Origin: Acidobacteriota bacterium
Lineage (GTDB): Bacteria; Acidobacteriota; Vicinamibacteria; Fen-336
NCBI GenBank assembly: GCA_046726955.1
Contig: JBKPBQ010000624.1
Location: 1-34,702, forward strand
DNA: 34,702 bases
Direction of reading: 5' to 3'
Shown here: in pieces, positions 33,045-34,702 of the stretch
Layout: the number at the start of each line of letters is the position of its first letter
Position numbering within the stretch: the stretch's first letter is position 1
The notes under the pieces: model-generated
The model's database searches: none
Told to the model about the DNA's origin: nothing
Seen by the model: the letters and a program-made list of their open reading frames with translations, nothing else
Position numbers and translations under genes: made by a program

Positions 33045-34514
33045 GTGTTGCCCGCCGAAGGGTGCGTCGCGCGCCCCCGGCTCGTCCGGGGGCTGGGGGT
33101 TCTTCTGGCTCTCGGTCTCGCGCTCACCGCCTGCGGCGGCTCGAGCTCGGGACCGACACCGGCTCCCAGCGCGCCCGGCGTCCGTCCCAGCTTCGTCGTG
33201 ATCATCGCCGACGACATGGCCCGGGACCTCTTCGGCCCGGGCCACCGCTTCCCGTTCTTCGCCCTGCCGAACCTCGATCGCCTCGCCGCCCGCGGAGTCC
33301 TCTTCGACCGCGCGTTCGTCACCACGTCGCTCTGCTCGCCGAGCCGGGCCACCATGCTCTCCGGCCTCTACGCCCACACCCATGGCGTCCTCGGCAACGA
33401 GGCGCGCGACCTCTCGCCCGGCACAGTGACCTACCCGCAGCTCCTCCAGCAGGCGGGATACAAGACGGCGTTCGTGGGCAAGTGGCACATGGACTCGTCG
33501 AAGGACGGGCCGCGCCCCGGCTTCGACTACTGGGTGAGCTTCCGCGGCCAGGGCGTCTACGAGGATCCCACTCTCAACGAGAACGGGCGATCGGTGAAGC
33601 GCACGGGCTACATCACGGACATCCTCACCGACTACGCCCTGCAGTGGCTGCAGGCCCGCGGCAACGAGCCCTTCCTGCTCATCCTCTCCCACAAGGCCGC
33701 GCACGATCCCTTCCACCCCGCTCCCCGTCACGCGGGAGCGCTGGGCACCGACGCGCTTCCCGAGCCCCCGAACTTCGAGGACTCGTTCCTCGCGAAACCC
33801 GCGTGGCAGCGGCGGTACGTCATGTGCGGCGGCACCGCGGCCGACCTCTCCGGCTGTCCCGATCCGCCACCCTCGTTCCTTCCTCGCTGGCCGTGGCGCG
33901 CGCGCGAGCCGTGGCGGCTCGACTACCTGCGAACGCTCATGGCCCTCGACGACAGCGTGGGCAGCGTGACGGCGGCGCTCCAGAACCAGGGGCGCGCGGA
34001 GTCGACGTACGTCGTCTTCGTGAGCGACAACGGCTTGTTCCTGGGCGAGCACCGCCTCGGCGACAAGCGGCTCATGTACGAGGAGTCGATCCGCGTGCCC
34101 TTCCTCGTCGCCGGGCCGCGCCTCGCCCCGCGCCGGAGCTCGGCGCTCGTCCTCAACCTCGATCTCGCGCCGACGCTCCTCGACCTCGCGGGCGTGTCCG
34201 CTCCCCCATCGATGCAGGGCCGCTCGCTCGCGGGCGTGCTGCAGGGCGGCCCTCCGGTCCGCGACTCGTTCCTTTACGAGTACTTCGCGGACACCGCGAT
34301 CCCCGGCATTCCGCGCATGGTGGGGGTCCGCACGGAGCACTGGGCCTACGTCGCGTACCCCGATCGCGCTCCCGAGGACGAGCTCTACGACCTCGACCGC
34401 GATCCCGGAGAAATGACGAGCATCGCCAACGATCCCGCCGAAGCTACCGAGAGGGTGGAACTGCGCGCGCAGCTCGAGCGGCTTCTCGCGGCCACGGGCG
34501 CGCCTCCGATCTGA
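33045..34514 (+). CDS. Cys-type sulfatase (formylglycine-dependent), lipoprotein
   Basis: The lipobox is 'GLALTACGG'. 'FVVIIADDM' and 'TSLCSPSRATMLSGLY' (the C-x-P-x-R motif) are present. 'GKWH' and 'VVFVSDNGLFLGEH' also fit. The start is GTG. Confidence 0.9.
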   Translation: MLPAEGCVARPRLVRGLGVLLALGLALTACGGSSSGPTPAPSAPGVRPSFVVIIADDMARDLFGPGHRFPFFALPNLDRLAARGVLFDRAFVTTSLCSPSRATMLSGLYAHTHGVLGNEARDLSPGTVTYPQLLQQAGYKTAFVGKWHMDSSKDGPRPGFDYWVSFRGQGVYEDPTLNENGRSVKRTGYITDILTDYALQWLQARGNEPFLLILSHKAAHDPFHPAPRHAGALGTDALPEPPNFEDSFLAKPAWQRRYVMCGGTAADLSGCPDPPPSFLPRWPWRAREPWRLDYLRTLMALDDSVGSVTAALQNQGRAESTYVVFVSDNGLFLGEHRLGDKRLMYEESIRVPFLVAGPRLAPRRSSALVLNLDLAPTLLDLAGVSAPPSMQGRSLAGVLQGGPPVRDSFLYEYFADTAIPGIPRMVGVRTEHWAYVAYPDRAPEDELYDLDRDPGEMTSIANDPAEATERVELRAQLERLLAATGAPPI

Positions 34515-34702
34515 AACCGCATTCGCGGGCGCCGCGATACCGTTCGCCGGTTGGTGCGGCGCGCTCGCCGATCCTTTGGGAACGACGCCTTCCCGACGGC
34601 CGTAGCATGTAGCGAGCGGGCCGGCGCAGCCCGCGACCCATCAGAACGGGGGGCTCATGGTGCGAGTCGACGGATCCGGCGGCGGCGAGGCCCTCATCCG
34701 GG

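Noticed and set aside
34657-34702. A possible gene start, ATG GTG CGA GTC GAC..., running off the right edge of the window.
   Set aside because: Only 15 codons are visible, with no family signal. The G-rich stretch upstream is not a convincing RBS. This is not enough to support a feature.
1-34702. A window-wide look for CRISPR arrays, tRNA/rRNA genes, IS elements, integrases and long terminal or inverted repeats.
   Set aside because: I saw no regularly spaced repeat arrays, no tRNA-like T-arm motifs in intergenic regions, and no transposase- or integrase-like ORFs. The only signs of rearrangement are the two gene remnants flanking the sensor kinase.

Overview
This is a densely coding, very GC-rich bacterial chromosomal window (about 70% GC by eye, with G/C at nearly every third codon position in real genes). 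I support about 30 genes. I found no rRNA, tRNA, CRISPR array, transposase or integrase, and no canonical defence system.

Gene content from left to right:
- 1-6577: a form I aerobic CO dehydrogenase cluster. The order is an XdhC-like factor fused to a YHS/TRASH metal-binding domain, then coxD (MoxR AAA+), coxE (VWA), coxM, coxS and coxL. CoxL carries the AYRCSFR active-site loop.
- 6640-7878: a TerC/TerB pair.
- 7951-11016: an orphan propeller-type HisKA_3 sensor kinase with visibly weaker GC3. It is bracketed by two gene remnants: a response-regulator fragment and a copy of a kinase N-terminus.
- 11436-12223: a frameshifted gene for a secreted coiled-coil protein.
- 12302-15606: an envelope cluster of an S41 peptidase lipoprotein, a small secreted protein and a membrane-anchored SGNH/AlgX-like protein.
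- 15626-16682: a bicistronic operon encoding a His-rich periplasmic protein and a MerR-family regulator. Its promoter has textbook MerR architecture: -35, a 6-bp dyad and a 20-bp spacer.
- 16854-18680: a Tat-lipoprotein GH99/WbsX-like enzyme and a small glycine-zipper-like membrane protein.
- 19093-20570: a cytoplasmic AmyA-type alpha-amylase interrupted by a 1-nt loss in a C-run.
- 20567-20659: a 30-codon ORF with perfect GC3.
- 20706-24565: a TPR/TM/DUF4845-like protein co-transcribed with an S9 peptidase that carries an extra C-terminal domain.
- 24666-29803: a Ski2-like helicase (DUF3516-type), a DEAD-box helicase and an AI-2E transporter.
- 29991-34514: a ferritin-like protein, then three exported proteins (DUF1080, arylsulfotransferase-like, Cys-type sulfatase).

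The candidates I consider most novel are the MerR/His-rich protein module and the XdhC-YHS fusion in the cox cluster. Both frameshifts can be explained by loss of one C from a C-run, so assembly error must be excluded before calling them pseudogenes. All family assignments come from motif recognition by eye; no database search was run.
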